Shown: positions 37,991 to 46,643 of the stretch, piece after piece
Numbering within the stretch: position 1 is the stretch's first letter
Layout of the letters: every line of letters begins with the position of its first letter
Assembly (NCBI GenBank): GCA_002422165.1
Contig: DITQ01000008.1
Coordinates: 35,136-99,135 of the forward strand
From: Candidatus Pacebacteria bacterium UBA6180
GTDB taxonomy: Bacteria > Patescibacteriota > Microgenomatia > UBA1400 > PJMF01
DNA: 64,000 bases
Direction of reading: 5' to 3'
Notes under the pieces: model-generated
The model's input: only the letters and a program-made list of their open reading frames with translations
What the model was told of the DNA's origin: nothing
Databases searched by the model: none
Translations under genes and position numbers: made by a program

Positions 37991-38416
37991 TTATTTTTCT
38001 AGACTGATGCTTTCTGCAATTTCTTCGGCTCGGCCTTCTATCTGGTCGATGTAGTTGTGGTAGCGCTCCTGATCCCAGACCTCTATATGGTTGAGGCTGC
38101 CGACTACAACAACGTTTTTGACTAAGTGGGCGAAATCAATCAAGTAATCGGGCAGATTTACTCGACCGTTGTCATCGCTGCTTAGCTCTTGGGCCTCATT
38201 GGTCATCAAGCGAAGCAAGTCGCGGTTGGCTTTTTTTGTCAAAGAGCTCTCAGCAATTTTCTCCAACTCTTTCTTAAAATTGCTTTCTTGGAGTAAAAAT
38301 AGGCAGCCGTCTAGTCCTCTCGTGACGATCCAATTCTTGCTAACAGAGCGAAATTTCGCTGGCAAAGACAGTCGCCCCTTGGCTTCCAAGTGGTGATAAT
38401 ATTTGCCGATTAGCAT
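37991..38416 (-). CDS. mraZ: Transcriptional regulator MraZ
   Basis: 141 aa. Duplicated SpoVT/AbrB-like MraZ halves. First gene of mraZ-rsmH-ftsL-ftsI. Confidence 0.85.
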   Translation of the reverse strand: MLIGKYYHHLEAKGRLSLPAKFRSVSKNWIVTRGLDGCLFLLQESNFKKELEKIAESSLTKKANRDLLRLMTNEAQELSSDDNGRVNLPDYLIDFAHLVKNVVVVGSLNHIEVWDQERYHNYIDQIEGRAEEIAESISLEK

Positions 38417-38553
38417 TTTGTTAATTTTATGAGCCTATTTACCATTTACTACCACGATCAAGTTTATATAGAAAAAAATGGCTGGTCAACGCGAAGTTTG
38501 CTTCGGGTTTTTGGATATAGATTTAATTAGTAAGAGAGGGTGGCTTAGAAAAC

Positions 38554-38582
38554 TTGACCATCTAATATATGAGGCCTATAAT
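38554..38582 (+). promoter_or_regulatory. Near-consensus promoter TTGACC-17 nt-TATAAT placing the TSS at or next to the ATG of the downstream methyltransferase (leaderless)
   Basis: TTGACC 38554-38559, 17-nt spacer, TATAAT 38577-38582. ATG at 38590, i.e. 7 nt after the -10. No SD. Confidence 0.5.
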
Positions 38583-38589
38583 ATAAGAT

Positions 38590-39444
38590 ATGGCGGCAAA
38601 AGAGTCTTTTCCAACATCTACACAAAAAGTTCAAAAAGATGCTCCAGGCATGTATGGCACGCATTTTACTGAGAATCTGCCGTTTAGAGATTATCATTCA
38701 GCATTTAAGTACTTTTTTCAAAGTTTGCCTAAGGATCAAGATGTTGTCCGCCTACTGGATGTTGCCTCTGGCAATGAAAATCGCGTGCTTGCAGGTATGG
38801 CTGAATTTGGTAAGCCAATTGATTTGACCGCCGCTGACATAGAAACGCCCTCATCTTTTGGAATTTTGCCTGAAAATGTATCTAGAAAATTTGAACTTGT
38901 GAATTTGAGTGAACGTTGGCCATATCCAGACAATTCTTTTGATGGCATTATTTTTTCTTGGGCGCTGCACTGGTTTGGTGTACAAGGAGCGCAAAATGCA
39001 CTAGATAATGTTGCAAGAGTACTTAAGCCTGGGCGTGATGCTATCATTTCTACTCTTACACCATACGATGGCTTAATTTCTAATCACGTTTTTGAAAGAA
39101 ATAAAATAAGTAAAAAAGAACTACATAGAATATACCCCGACGCTCAAGTGTTGGGGAAACAGCGTTTAGGTTCACCCGTATGGACTGTAAGAAATGATAA
39201 CAACATCAGATTGCAATTAAAATCTGGAAGAGGCTTCGCTGTCAAAAAGAGTCACCCACTTAGTATTATTGGTGAGAAAGAATTAATTGGTTTTACTCCT
39301 GAATATTTTAAGGCAGAGTTAAATCGTAGAGATTTAGAAGTAATTATGGAGGTAATTAAGCCAAATAAAGACTTTCCGAATGAATATTCTCCAACGTTGT
39401 CGGAAGGAAAAACTCATTTAATTTACGTGGTTAGAAAAAAATAA
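38590..39444 (+). CDS. Class I SAM-dependent methyltransferase (Methyltransf_11/25-like), compositionally AT-rich relative to neighbours
   Basis: Motif I (LLDVASGNENRV) and a post-I acidic motif (…FDGIIFSWALHW…). AT richness, especially at the 3' end. Confidence 0.7.
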   Translation: MAAKESFPTSTQKVQKDAPGMYGTHFTENLPFRDYHSAFKYFFQSLPKDQDVVRLLDVASGNENRVLAGMAEFGKPIDLTAADIETPSSFGILPENVSRKFELVNLSERWPYPDNSFDGIIFSWALHWFGVQGAQNALDNVARVLKPGRDAIISTLTPYDGLISNHVFERNKISKKELHRIYPDAQVLGKQRLGSPVWTVRNDNNIRLQLKSGRGFAVKKSHPLSIIGEKELIGFTPEYFKAELNRRDLEVIMEVIKPNKDFPNEYSPTLSEGKTHLIYVVRKK

Positions 39445-39482
39445 AATTGTTGGGAAAATTTTAGCTGAATAAGAAATTATGT

Positions 39483-40352
39483 TTACCTAATTTTTTCTGG
39501 AGACTTGTCTGGCAAAAAGTTTTTCTTGTTCACTACACTTTCACCCAGTTCTTTTTCCGTTGCTTTCCTGGCATTACCAGCCACGGCTCCGCCGCGGCGG
39601 GCGACTTTTTTATGTGCGGGCATGGCCGAAGGCTGTTCTTTTTTAGAAATCTCAGTAGTAACTTTTTCACCGAGCATGGTGAAAATTAACTCCAAATCAG
39701 TCATGTGGTCACGGAGGTTGGCGCCGGAGCGCTCTGGAAGGTTTTTATAATCTCTGTACTCACTTGGCGTCATGCCAAAAGTCGCCTTGCTGATTTCTGA
39801 GGTGAGGATGGCATAGTCTACCTGGCGTTCGAGACCACGCTCTTTCCACTCGTCAGTCAAATTTTGGCGAATGGCAATGCCACGCAAGCGCTTGTCGATC
39901 CAGTCTGATGGATAGCCTTTTTGCTCATAGAGCTGCTTCATACGTTCTTGGGCCAGTTCTGGGTTTTCGATCTCGTCCAAACGGTCTTTGCCAACTTGTG
40001 CCAGCCACATCTTGAAGGGTTCGGCTTTGGGGGAAGGAATGGACTGGATAATGCGTAAAAGACTTTTTGTGTTGGCGCAGTCAGTGAGATATTTTTTACC
40101 ATCACTCGACTCTATTTTCAGTTGTCGACAAATTGTCGACAACTGAAAATTAGACTCATCCTTCACTCTAATTTTCATCTTAAACCAATAATCACGAGCA
40201 TTGACGCTGTCTGTCAGCACTCCCACCACGTCGACCACCGAGAAATACCACTCGCCTTCGTACCAAAGGCGGCGAATCTCCTTTTGCTTGAAGAGAATGA
40301 TAGAGGAATTTTTTGTCATAAGACTACTCTTTCTAGCAGTATAACAGACCAA
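39483..40352 (-). CDS. Bro-N domain protein, DinD (DNA-damage-inducible protein D)-like
   Basis: N-terminal Bro-N pattern (…FKQKEIRRLWYEGEWYFSVVDVVGVLT…). C-terminal region (…GMTPSEYRDYKNLPERSGANLRDHMTDLELIF…) resembles the DinD family. Contains a 35-bp palindrome. Confidence 0.55.
   Translation of the reverse strand: MVCYTARKSSLMTKNSSIILFKQKEIRRLWYEGEWYFSVVDVVGVLTDSVNARDYWFKMKIRVKDESNFQLSTICRQLKIESSDGKKYLTDCANTKSLLRIIQSIPSPKAEPFKMWLAQVGKDRLDEIENPELAQERMKQLYEQKGYPSDWIDKRLRGIAIRQNLTDEWKERGLERQVDYAILTSEISKATFGMTPSEYRDYKNLPERSGANLRDHMTDLELIFTMLGEKVTTEISKKEQPSAMPAHKKVARRGGAVAGNARKATEKELGESVVNKKNFLPDKSPEKIR
40114..40148. repeat. 35-bp perfect palindrome TTTTCAGTTGTCGACAA-A-TTGTCGACAACTGAAAA inside the Bro-N/DinD-like CDS
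   Basis: Directly read. Arms are 17 bp each around a single central base. An imperfect IR extends ~8 bp further on each side. Encodes FQLSTICRQLK in frame. Confidence 0.9.
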
Positions 40353-40508
40353 AATGAATAAAAGATGAGTTTTTCGGGTGATGAAATAATACTAGTTAAA
40401 TATATCTAAGCATATCAAACAACATCAAAACCAGGCTTGATACATCAATCGAAGTTTTTGGGGTGCTAAATTAGCAGAGTCAGGCCTTGACTGCTAAAAA
40501 GGCGCAGG

Positions 40509-41342
40509 TTACTTCACCAGCAAGTAAACTTCCATGATCGGACCGCTGGCAGTAACTAGGCCGTCGGCTGTACTGGCGTCCATTTCTAGCCATTTGCTGC
40601 CGTCGTAGCCCATGATTTTGGCCGCTTCATCACTGGAGCGAAAGGAGACAGTGAAGTTGCTGCTGCTGGTCTGCAGAGAGCGCTCGGCGCTGACTACGTA
40701 AGGGTCAGAGAGTAGTTCTCCTGTCACTTCGCCAGGGTAGCCTGGGGAGTTGTAGATGACAAGATAAGAGTATTTGCTGAGCTCGGTGTTGCTGAGGCTA
40801 AATTTATTATCCTGGGAAGTGAATTTGCTTGCTTTTTCTTTGCCATTTTCGAAGTAGCGCCAAGCCGATTTAACAGCATAGGCTTCATTGCCGCCAAACT
40901 GGGCCAGGAGGTTGCCGCCTTTGATGTCCTCGTGGTAGGTGATGGCGCCGCCCGCAGACTGGGAGCCAAAAAGCTTGCGCTCGGAGACGGGCAGTTTGCT
41001 GAGACTAATCAGGCCGCCGAAGCCCTGAAGCATTGAACCAGTTTGGTACTCCATCTCGTATTCAAGCTCGCTGGCTGGTTTTTTGACTTCCTTGACTACG
41101 ATGGTGATGTAGCGACCGTCAGCGCTTGGCTCGAGCGCCATGTAAGGCCGCTCGCTAACAGGGATGACGTTGACTGGACTCTGGATTTTTTTCTTGACGA
41201 CAGCGGGTGGCTCGGCCTCGGCTGGCTTGTTTTTATAGACCGCAAAAACAACCCCGCCAACTGCTACGACCAAAACGGCCAGGCCGATAGCCAATTTTTT
41301 CTTATTTGTTGCAGTCAAGTTTTTGAAGCTGAATTTGGACAT
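40509..41342 (-). CDS. Hypothetical membrane-anchored (N-terminal TM) secreted-domain protein
   Basis: 277 aa, single N-terminal TM, no recognisable domain. A hairpin follows the stop. Confidence 0.55.
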   Translation of the reverse strand: MSKFSFKNLTATNKKKLAIGLAVLVVAVGGVVFAVYKNKPAEAEPPAVVKKKIQSPVNVIPVSERPYMALEPSADGRYITIVVKEVKKPASELEYEMEYQTGSMLQGFGGLISLSKLPVSERKLFGSQSAGGAITYHEDIKGGNLLAQFGGNEAYAVKSAWRYFENGKEKASKFTSQDNKFSLSNTELSKYSYLVIYNSPGYPGEVTGELLSDPYVVSAERSLQTSSSNFTVSFRSSDEAAKIMGYDGSKWLEMDASTADGLVTASGPIMEVYLLVK

Positions 41343-41348
41343 AGAGTT

Positions 41349-42752
41349 TTAGGCTAACACATTTCGTAAGTGAGAATCAAGTTCTCTAATAGCGATGGTT
41401 TCTTGAGTAGCGCCGTTGCGTTCACGAATGGTGATAGTGTCCTTTTCCAAACTGTCAAAATCTACTGTCAAGCAATAGGGCGTGCCGATTTCATCCTGGG
41501 AGAGATAGCGTTTGCCGATGTTGCCGCGCTCGTCCCAGGCAACGCGGTAGCTTTGACGCAAGTGCTCATAGAGAACTCTAGCCTTGTCTATCAGTTCTGG
41601 TTTGTTTTTGAGCAAGGGAAAAACTGCCAGCTGGTAGGGACTCAGTTTTTGGTCAAGCTGTAGTACCAGACGATTTTTGTCCTCATCTTGGTGGTAAGCG
41701 TCGCAGAGAATCATCAGGAAAAGGCGGTTAATGCCCACCGCTGGCTCGATGACGTGAGGGACGAATTTCTTTCCAGTTGCTGGATCAGTATATTCGAGGC
41801 TCTTGCCCGAGAACTCCATGTGCTGCTTGAGGTCGTAATCAGTGCGGTAAGCGATGCCCCAAACTTCTTTCCAGCCAAACGGATAGAGGTACTCTAGGTC
41901 GTAGGTGTCCTTGCTGTAGAAGCTGCGCTCGCTGTCTTCGTGGCGGCGCCAGCGCAGGCGGCTCTCGTCAACGCCTAGAACTTGAGTGACGAAGTGCCAC
42001 ATTTGGTCTTGCCAATCTTTGAATAGTCTCTGCCAATCAGTGTTTTCTGGATCGAAGAAGTATTCGATCTCAGCTTGCTCGAACTCAAGGGTTCGAAAGA
42101 CAAATTGACCGGTGGTAATTTCGTTGCGGAAGCTTTTGCCGATCTGGCCGAGACCAAAAGGTAATTTGACCCGTGTGCTGTCTAAAACCTGCTTGAAGTT
42201 GGAGAAAATGCCCTGAGCAGTTTCGCCTCTCAAGTAGGCTTTTTGACTGGCGCTGTCGACTACGCCAATGGAGGTTTCAAAGAGTAAATTGAAATTGCGA
42301 GCTTCACTAAGCTCGTTGCCATCTGGAGATTTAATATTGTTTTGTTTGCAGAAGTCGTTTATTTCTGCCAGTGACATGGCTTCGACGTTGAGTTTGCTCT
42401 CTGGATGGTTTTTGCTAGTCCAAGCTTCGATCAGGTGATCAGCTCGATAGCGCTTGCGGGTGACTTTGTCCTCCATCATCGGATCAGCAAAAGAGCCGAC
42501 GTGGCCAGAAGCTTCCCAAGTGCGTGGGTGTAGGATAATCTGACTATCGAGACCAAGCATGTCGTCGCGGCGGCTGATGAAAAAGTCCCACCACAAGTTT
42601 TTGATCTTGCGCAGCACTTCTACCCCAGCTGGACCGTATTCATAAGAATTCGCCAGGCCACCATAAATTTCTGAGGTCTGGTAGACGAAGCCGCGGCGTT
42701 TAGCGAGGGCGACAATTTCTTCTAGGGTGGGAGCTGATTGTAAATTTGACAT
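41349..42752 (-). CDS. glyQS: Glycine-tRNA ligase (alpha2 homodimeric type)
   Basis: …RRGFVYQTSEIYGGLANSYEYGP… and class II motifs. 467 aa. Confidence 0.9.
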   Translation of the reverse strand: MSNLQSAPTLEEIVALAKRRGFVYQTSEIYGGLANSYEYGPAGVEVLRKIKNLWWDFFISRRDDMLGLDSQIILHPRTWEASGHVGSFADPMMEDKVTRKRYRADHLIEAWTSKNHPESKLNVEAMSLAEINDFCKQNNIKSPDGNELSEARNFNLLFETSIGVVDSASQKAYLRGETAQGIFSNFKQVLDSTRVKLPFGLGQIGKSFRNEITTGQFVFRTLEFEQAEIEYFFDPENTDWQRLFKDWQDQMWHFVTQVLGVDESRLRWRRHEDSERSFYSKDTYDLEYLYPFGWKEVWGIAYRTDYDLKQHMEFSGKSLEYTDPATGKKFVPHVIEPAVGINRLFLMILCDAYHQDEDKNRLVLQLDQKLSPYQLAVFPLLKNKPELIDKARVLYEHLRQSYRVAWDERGNIGKRYLSQDEIGTPYCLTVDFDSLEKDTITIRERNGATQETIAIRELDSHLRNVLA

Positions 42753-42815
42753 ATTTATAGGATGATTAATGATTATACCTTAAGAGAATAAATCTTTGTA
42801 ATATAAAAGAAAGCG

Positions 42816-43451
42816 ATGCCTGAAGAACGCGGAATTGCCCTGCTCAATACGACGATTGATGATGGTGAGGGCTCGCCACTGCCCAATCGCTATTTTGAAG
42901 CGATGCAGCAAGCCTTGGAGAACATGGGCGTGTAAGTACACCCTTTTTCTTACAAAGATTTAGCTGATCCACGAACTAGAGATAGGATTTTAACTCAATT
43001 TGCTGGGCTGGTGGTTTCTGGTAATGATGGTTATGGCCCAAGTTTTTTGGAAGAGCCTGAGTTTGAGCGGCGGATGGCTTTTATTGTTGATTTTCCAGTC
43101 GATAAAATCATGCTAGGCGTTTGTCGTTGGGCGCAAGCACAGGCACTACAGCAAGGGGCAAAATTTGATAATCTGGAAATTCCAGAACGCAGCCCCACTT
43201 CGACTGTAGTGGTTGACGGAGATGACGAATTGATGCGAGGCATGCCTGCCAGATTTCTCATTCACGCTGATCACAGGCAGCGCCTCGATTCAGCTTCTTT
43301 GCCATTGAACTATAAAGTTATTGCTAGCTCGCCAAATTGTAGGGTGAGTGTCGTACGGATAGTAGGTACTAAACATTGGTTGAGTCAAAACCACCTTGAA
43401 TTTGGGAAATATACCGCCAAACAGATGCTTAGAAATTTATTGGATGTGTAA
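42816..43451 (+). pseudogene. Class I glutamine amidotransferase-like gene interrupted by an in-frame TAA (42933-42935); catalytic motifs degenerate
   Basis: A 39-codon ORF (MPEERGIALLNTTIDDGEGSP…) from ATG 42816 continues in the same frame after the TAA, joining the 43011 ORF 25 codons later (GVV SGNDGYGP… LGVCRWAQAQ…). GATase1-like pattern, but the G-x-C-x-G-x-Q box is degraded. Confidence 0.45.
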
Positions 43452-43454
43452 AAT

Positions 43455-43991
43455 TTACACTTTCAGAAACTCAAAACTTTTCATCTTCTTCTCCGTAATT
43501 TCTGCTACATAATCCAGAATGTTTAGATGATTGGTGTCGCGTGGGTCTTGGTAGCCGAGGTTTTGCATGAGGCTGCTAAGCAAGGTTTTTATTTTTCCAT
43601 TGCGCTTGGTGGGACTAAGTAGTTCTTGATGGATGGCAAAAGCCAAGTTGCTCGTTTCTTCTTCAATATAGTCCTCGACCAGCAAGCGGTCAAAAATTTC
43701 CAAAATTTGAGAGAGCTGGGAAATGCTAGTCAGGGAATGGCGGACAGAAGTGCTGTCCTGCAGCAACTTACTTTGACTTAAGATTGGTAAACCTTTAGTT
43801 TTGACGAGTAAAACTTCTGCTAAATTGCCTGGTTCAAGATTGGCACGGTTGCTAGATTTAAGCTTACGAATGCCTTTGGCAACACAGACTAATTTGCCTT
43901 GGTCTTTACTAAGTAGAGTGATGACGCGATCAGTCTCCCCGACATTGACTCGTTTGAGGATGATGGCAACTGTTTTGAAAGAGTGAATCAT
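43455..43991 (-). CDS. recO: DNA repair protein RecO (short form, 178 aa)
   Basis: N-terminal OB-fold pattern (AIILKRVNVGETDRVITLLSKDQGKLVCVAKGIRK). C-terminal Zn-binding region apparently absent. Confidence 0.6.
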   Translation of the reverse strand: MIHSFKTVAIILKRVNVGETDRVITLLSKDQGKLVCVAKGIRKLKSSNRANLEPGNLAEVLLVKTKGLPILSQSKLLQDSTSVRHSLTSISQLSQILEIFDRLLVEDYIEEETSNLAFAIHQELLSPTKRNGKIKTLLSSLMQNLGYQDPRDTNHLNILDYVAEITEKKMKSFEFLKV

Positions 43992-44007
43992 ATCAGACTT
44001 CTTCTTT

Positions 44008-45984
44008 CTAGAAGATGGTGCTGTAGCTCAGATCTTTGTTCAGTAAAAGTTCTTCTTCGCCTCCAGTGACGTCGATAAGAATCGGCACGGCATCGATACC
44101 ACCCTGTTTCCACATTCGCAGGTTGTAGTTGACCGTGTCAGTGTAGGGCACGTTGTAGCGCAAGATGATTTTGGCTAAGCCCAAGGGTTCGAGGTTGAAA
44201 TAGCCGTCGATGACTGTCAGTCCCCCTTCATCGTAGACGTTAGCTTCATTGCTGATTCCTTGGATCTCTATAAGTTCAGAGTCAAGTGGTAGATAAACAC
44301 GCATCCAGTCATTGAGGGTGGAGTTAAGACAGAGTTGTCCGGCCTCCAAGTTGCAGTTGTCAGCTTGACGGCTGTTTTTGTAGGTGATTTCGACAGTTTT
44401 CTCGAGCCTTCCTTCGATTGGGGCGCTCACTATCTGCTTGACTTCGTAATTGGTGAAGAGGTTAGACTTGGCGCCTCCCAAGTTGGCATCGACGATGGCT
44501 AAGAAATCCATATTTTCACCCATTTGCCAGTTTTTTAAATCGTTTTTGAGCTCATAGAGTCGGCCGGCGGCGTTGATTTGCTCGGCAGCTTGCTGGCTAG
44601 TTTCATCCATGAAGTACATCTGTAAGTGTCGACCTTCGATACTATCGATAGCAACGGTGAAGAGTTCGGGAAAGCGAGCTTTGTCCAAATCGTAGGTTTT
44701 GGCTAGGATAGATTTCATTAATGGCCCGAGGACGCCTTTGCGATCATCACGCAGGTAAGGGGTGGGACGAGTGATAATTTCTGACAAGGCGTAAACTACC
44801 TGCGGACAGTCACAACGAGGATGATTTTCGGCGGAGAAAACGCCGTAGCCAGGTACTTCAATCGGGCCAATAACACGCAGTAGTTCGCTTAAAACAAAGG
44901 TGTCGACAGCGATGATCCCGTCGAGGTCCTGAGGTTCGCCACGGACAGTTTGGTAGTTGGCGTAGAATTCTTCCATAGAAGTTTTGAAGTCTGGTGAAAT
45001 ATTCATATCGCGCAAATGATAATACTTCTCGGTAGTTAGGTAGCGACCAAGTTCTGGCGGAATAGCTACTCGCTTGGTGAATTTTTGGTCTAACTCATAA
45101 ATGTCATCAGATTTTTCAGAATTGACGACCCCCTTGTCAATAGTGATGATAGCGTAGGCGGTCAAAAAGCCACCTGTGGGGCGTAGTTCATTGTCGTTTT
45201 GGAAGAGGACGAGGTATTTTTGAGCCTCATCTGCTCCAGCCATTTTGGCTAGCGAAGCCAGGACTGGTTTGTAGTCAGAAAAAGTCTGACTGTAGGTGGC
45301 AGCCAATTCTTGAGCGGTTTTGATTTGAGCGCGAACTTCTCGTTTGGCTAATTTCTCTGGGTAACGATTAGCATCAATGCTGTTTAAAATCTCAACGATA
45401 CTTTGAATTTCTTGATCGATAGCGTCGATAGTAGGCTGAATTTCTCCCAGAGTTTCCAAAATCAAGACAATGCGATCCTGGGTAGTGCCGCCCTCGAAGG
45501 TGCCTTCGCCTTGGAATCCAAGTAGGTCAGTGTAGGGTAAGAGAGCAGCAATGCCCTGGTCAGCAATGCTAAAACCATGGTCGGCGATGGCAAATAGTTT
45601 TTGACCATCGGTGTAATAGTTTTTAATAATGGGGATTTTGCCATAAAAAGCCAATTTTTGATAATTATTTTCGATTTTTACTTTTGCTTCTTCAATTTGG
45701 GAAATTTTTTCTGGCAGAGCCATTAAATTTTGGCTAGCCAAGAGTTGTTTGGCTTCGAAAACAGTTGGAGCGATAGCGTTGGCTTCTTGCTTGATTGCTC
45801 TGATAACGAGGTAAGTGTAACTGAGTAAGCTGCTTAGTAAAATTAAGATAATCAAGCTCGTGGCCACAGCAATTTTTTGTTTGAGGCTAAGTTTGAAGCC
45901 TTTTTTCATGGGTGCTGAATCTTTGATTTCTATCTCTTCGGTAGGAGGTACAACTTGAGGAGAATTAGCAGAGTTTAAGTCCAT
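44008..45984 (-). CDS. DUF4012-domain protein (membrane-anchored), associated with polysaccharide loci
   Basis: …LVLFQNDNELRPTGGFLTAYAII… matches the DUF4012 core. N-terminal TM. Confidence 0.65.
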   Translation of the reverse strand: MDLNSANSPQVVPPTEEIEIKDSAPMKKGFKLSLKQKIAVATSLIILILLSSLLSYTYLVIRAIKQEANAIAPTVFEAKQLLASQNLMALPEKISQIEEAKVKIENNYQKLAFYGKIPIIKNYYTDGQKLFAIADHGFSIADQGIAALLPYTDLLGFQGEGTFEGGTTQDRIVLILETLGEIQPTIDAIDQEIQSIVEILNSIDANRYPEKLAKREVRAQIKTAQELAATYSQTFSDYKPVLASLAKMAGADEAQKYLVLFQNDNELRPTGGFLTAYAIITIDKGVVNSEKSDDIYELDQKFTKRVAIPPELGRYLTTEKYYHLRDMNISPDFKTSMEEFYANYQTVRGEPQDLDGIIAVDTFVLSELLRVIGPIEVPGYGVFSAENHPRCDCPQVVYALSEIITRPTPYLRDDRKGVLGPLMKSILAKTYDLDKARFPELFTVAIDSIEGRHLQMYFMDETSQQAAEQINAAGRLYELKNDLKNWQMGENMDFLAIVDANLGGAKSNLFTNYEVKQIVSAPIEGRLEKTVEITYKNSRQADNCNLEAGQLCLNSTLNDWMRVYLPLDSELIEIQGISNEANVYDEGGLTVIDGYFNLEPLGLAKIILRYNVPYTDTVNYNLRMWKQGGIDAVPILIDVTGGEEELLLNKDLSYSTIF

Positions 45985-46016
45985 AGAAGCTTAGTATAGC
46001 AGAACTCACTATAAGT

Positions 46017-46643
46017 CTACCACTTGGAAAGCATGGCTGCTGGAGTGCGCCAGAGTATAAGTAAATCTTCGCGGATGTCCTTCTTTTTAGCGTAGGCAGC
46101 GTCCATTTCCGCTCGTTTGGCAAAAGGAATTTCGTTGCGACCACTAGTTTGCCAAGGACCAGTGATGCCTGGTTTGACTGACAAGATGTGGGGAATGTAT
46201 TTTTTGGTTTCTGGATATTTTTTGCTTTGTTCCTCTAATTCTTTGCGCACGTAAGCGCGAGGACCGATCATGCTCATCTGACCTTTGAGAACATTGAAGA
46301 GCTGAGGGAATTCATCGATGGTGAAAGAACGCAGGAAGCGTCCTAGCGGCGTAATTCGTGGGTCGTCTTTGGCGGCAATTTTCCAATCTCCACGCTTGAA
46401 TTTACGCAGCAAGCGGTGATTGCCGTTGTGTAGGAGTTCATCAGCGTTGAGAACCATCGAGCGAAACTTGTAAAGTTCAAAGTCCTTACCGTTTTTACCT
46501 ACTCGCTTGTGGACGAAGATTACTGGCCAACCAGAATCCAAGAAAATTAGGAGTGGAATAATCAGCCAAAAAGGCAAAAAGGCAATGATTAGACTAGTAG
46601 CTACCACCAGATCTAGAATTCTTTTTTGTTGCTCGTAAGTCAT
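46017..46643 (-). CDS. Initiating sugar transferase (undecaprenyl-phosphate sugar phosphotransferase, WbaP/PglC-like C-domain)
   Basis: …KPGITGPWQTSGRNEIPF… and …KRVGKNGKDFELYKFRSM… motifs. Confidence 0.85.
   Translation of the reverse strand: MTYEQQKRILDLVVATSLIIAFLPFWLIIPLLIFLDSGWPVIFVHKRVGKNGKDFELYKFRSMVLNADELLHNGNHRLLRKFKRGDWKIAAKDDPRITPLGRFLRSFTIDEFPQLFNVLKGQMSMIGPRAYVRKELEEQSKKYPETKKYIPHILSVKPGITGPWQTSGRNEIPFAKRAEMDAAYAKKKDIREDLLILWRTPAAMLSKW

Noticed and set aside
40114-40148. Palindrome as an inverted-chimera (MDA/assembly) artefact
   Set aside because: Arms are only 17 bp, with imperfect continuation, and the surrounding reading frame stays intact on both sides. An artefact would normally give long, perfect inverted duplication. 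Cannot be excluded without reads.
40122-40361. 79-aa plus-strand ORF
   Set aside because: Antisense to the Bro-N/DinD-like gene. Generated partly by the palindrome.
42933-42935. Programmed stop-codon recoding in the GATase-like gene
   Set aside because: The stop is TAA, not UGA. No SECIS-like element is evident. Eroded catalytic motifs favour pseudogenisation.
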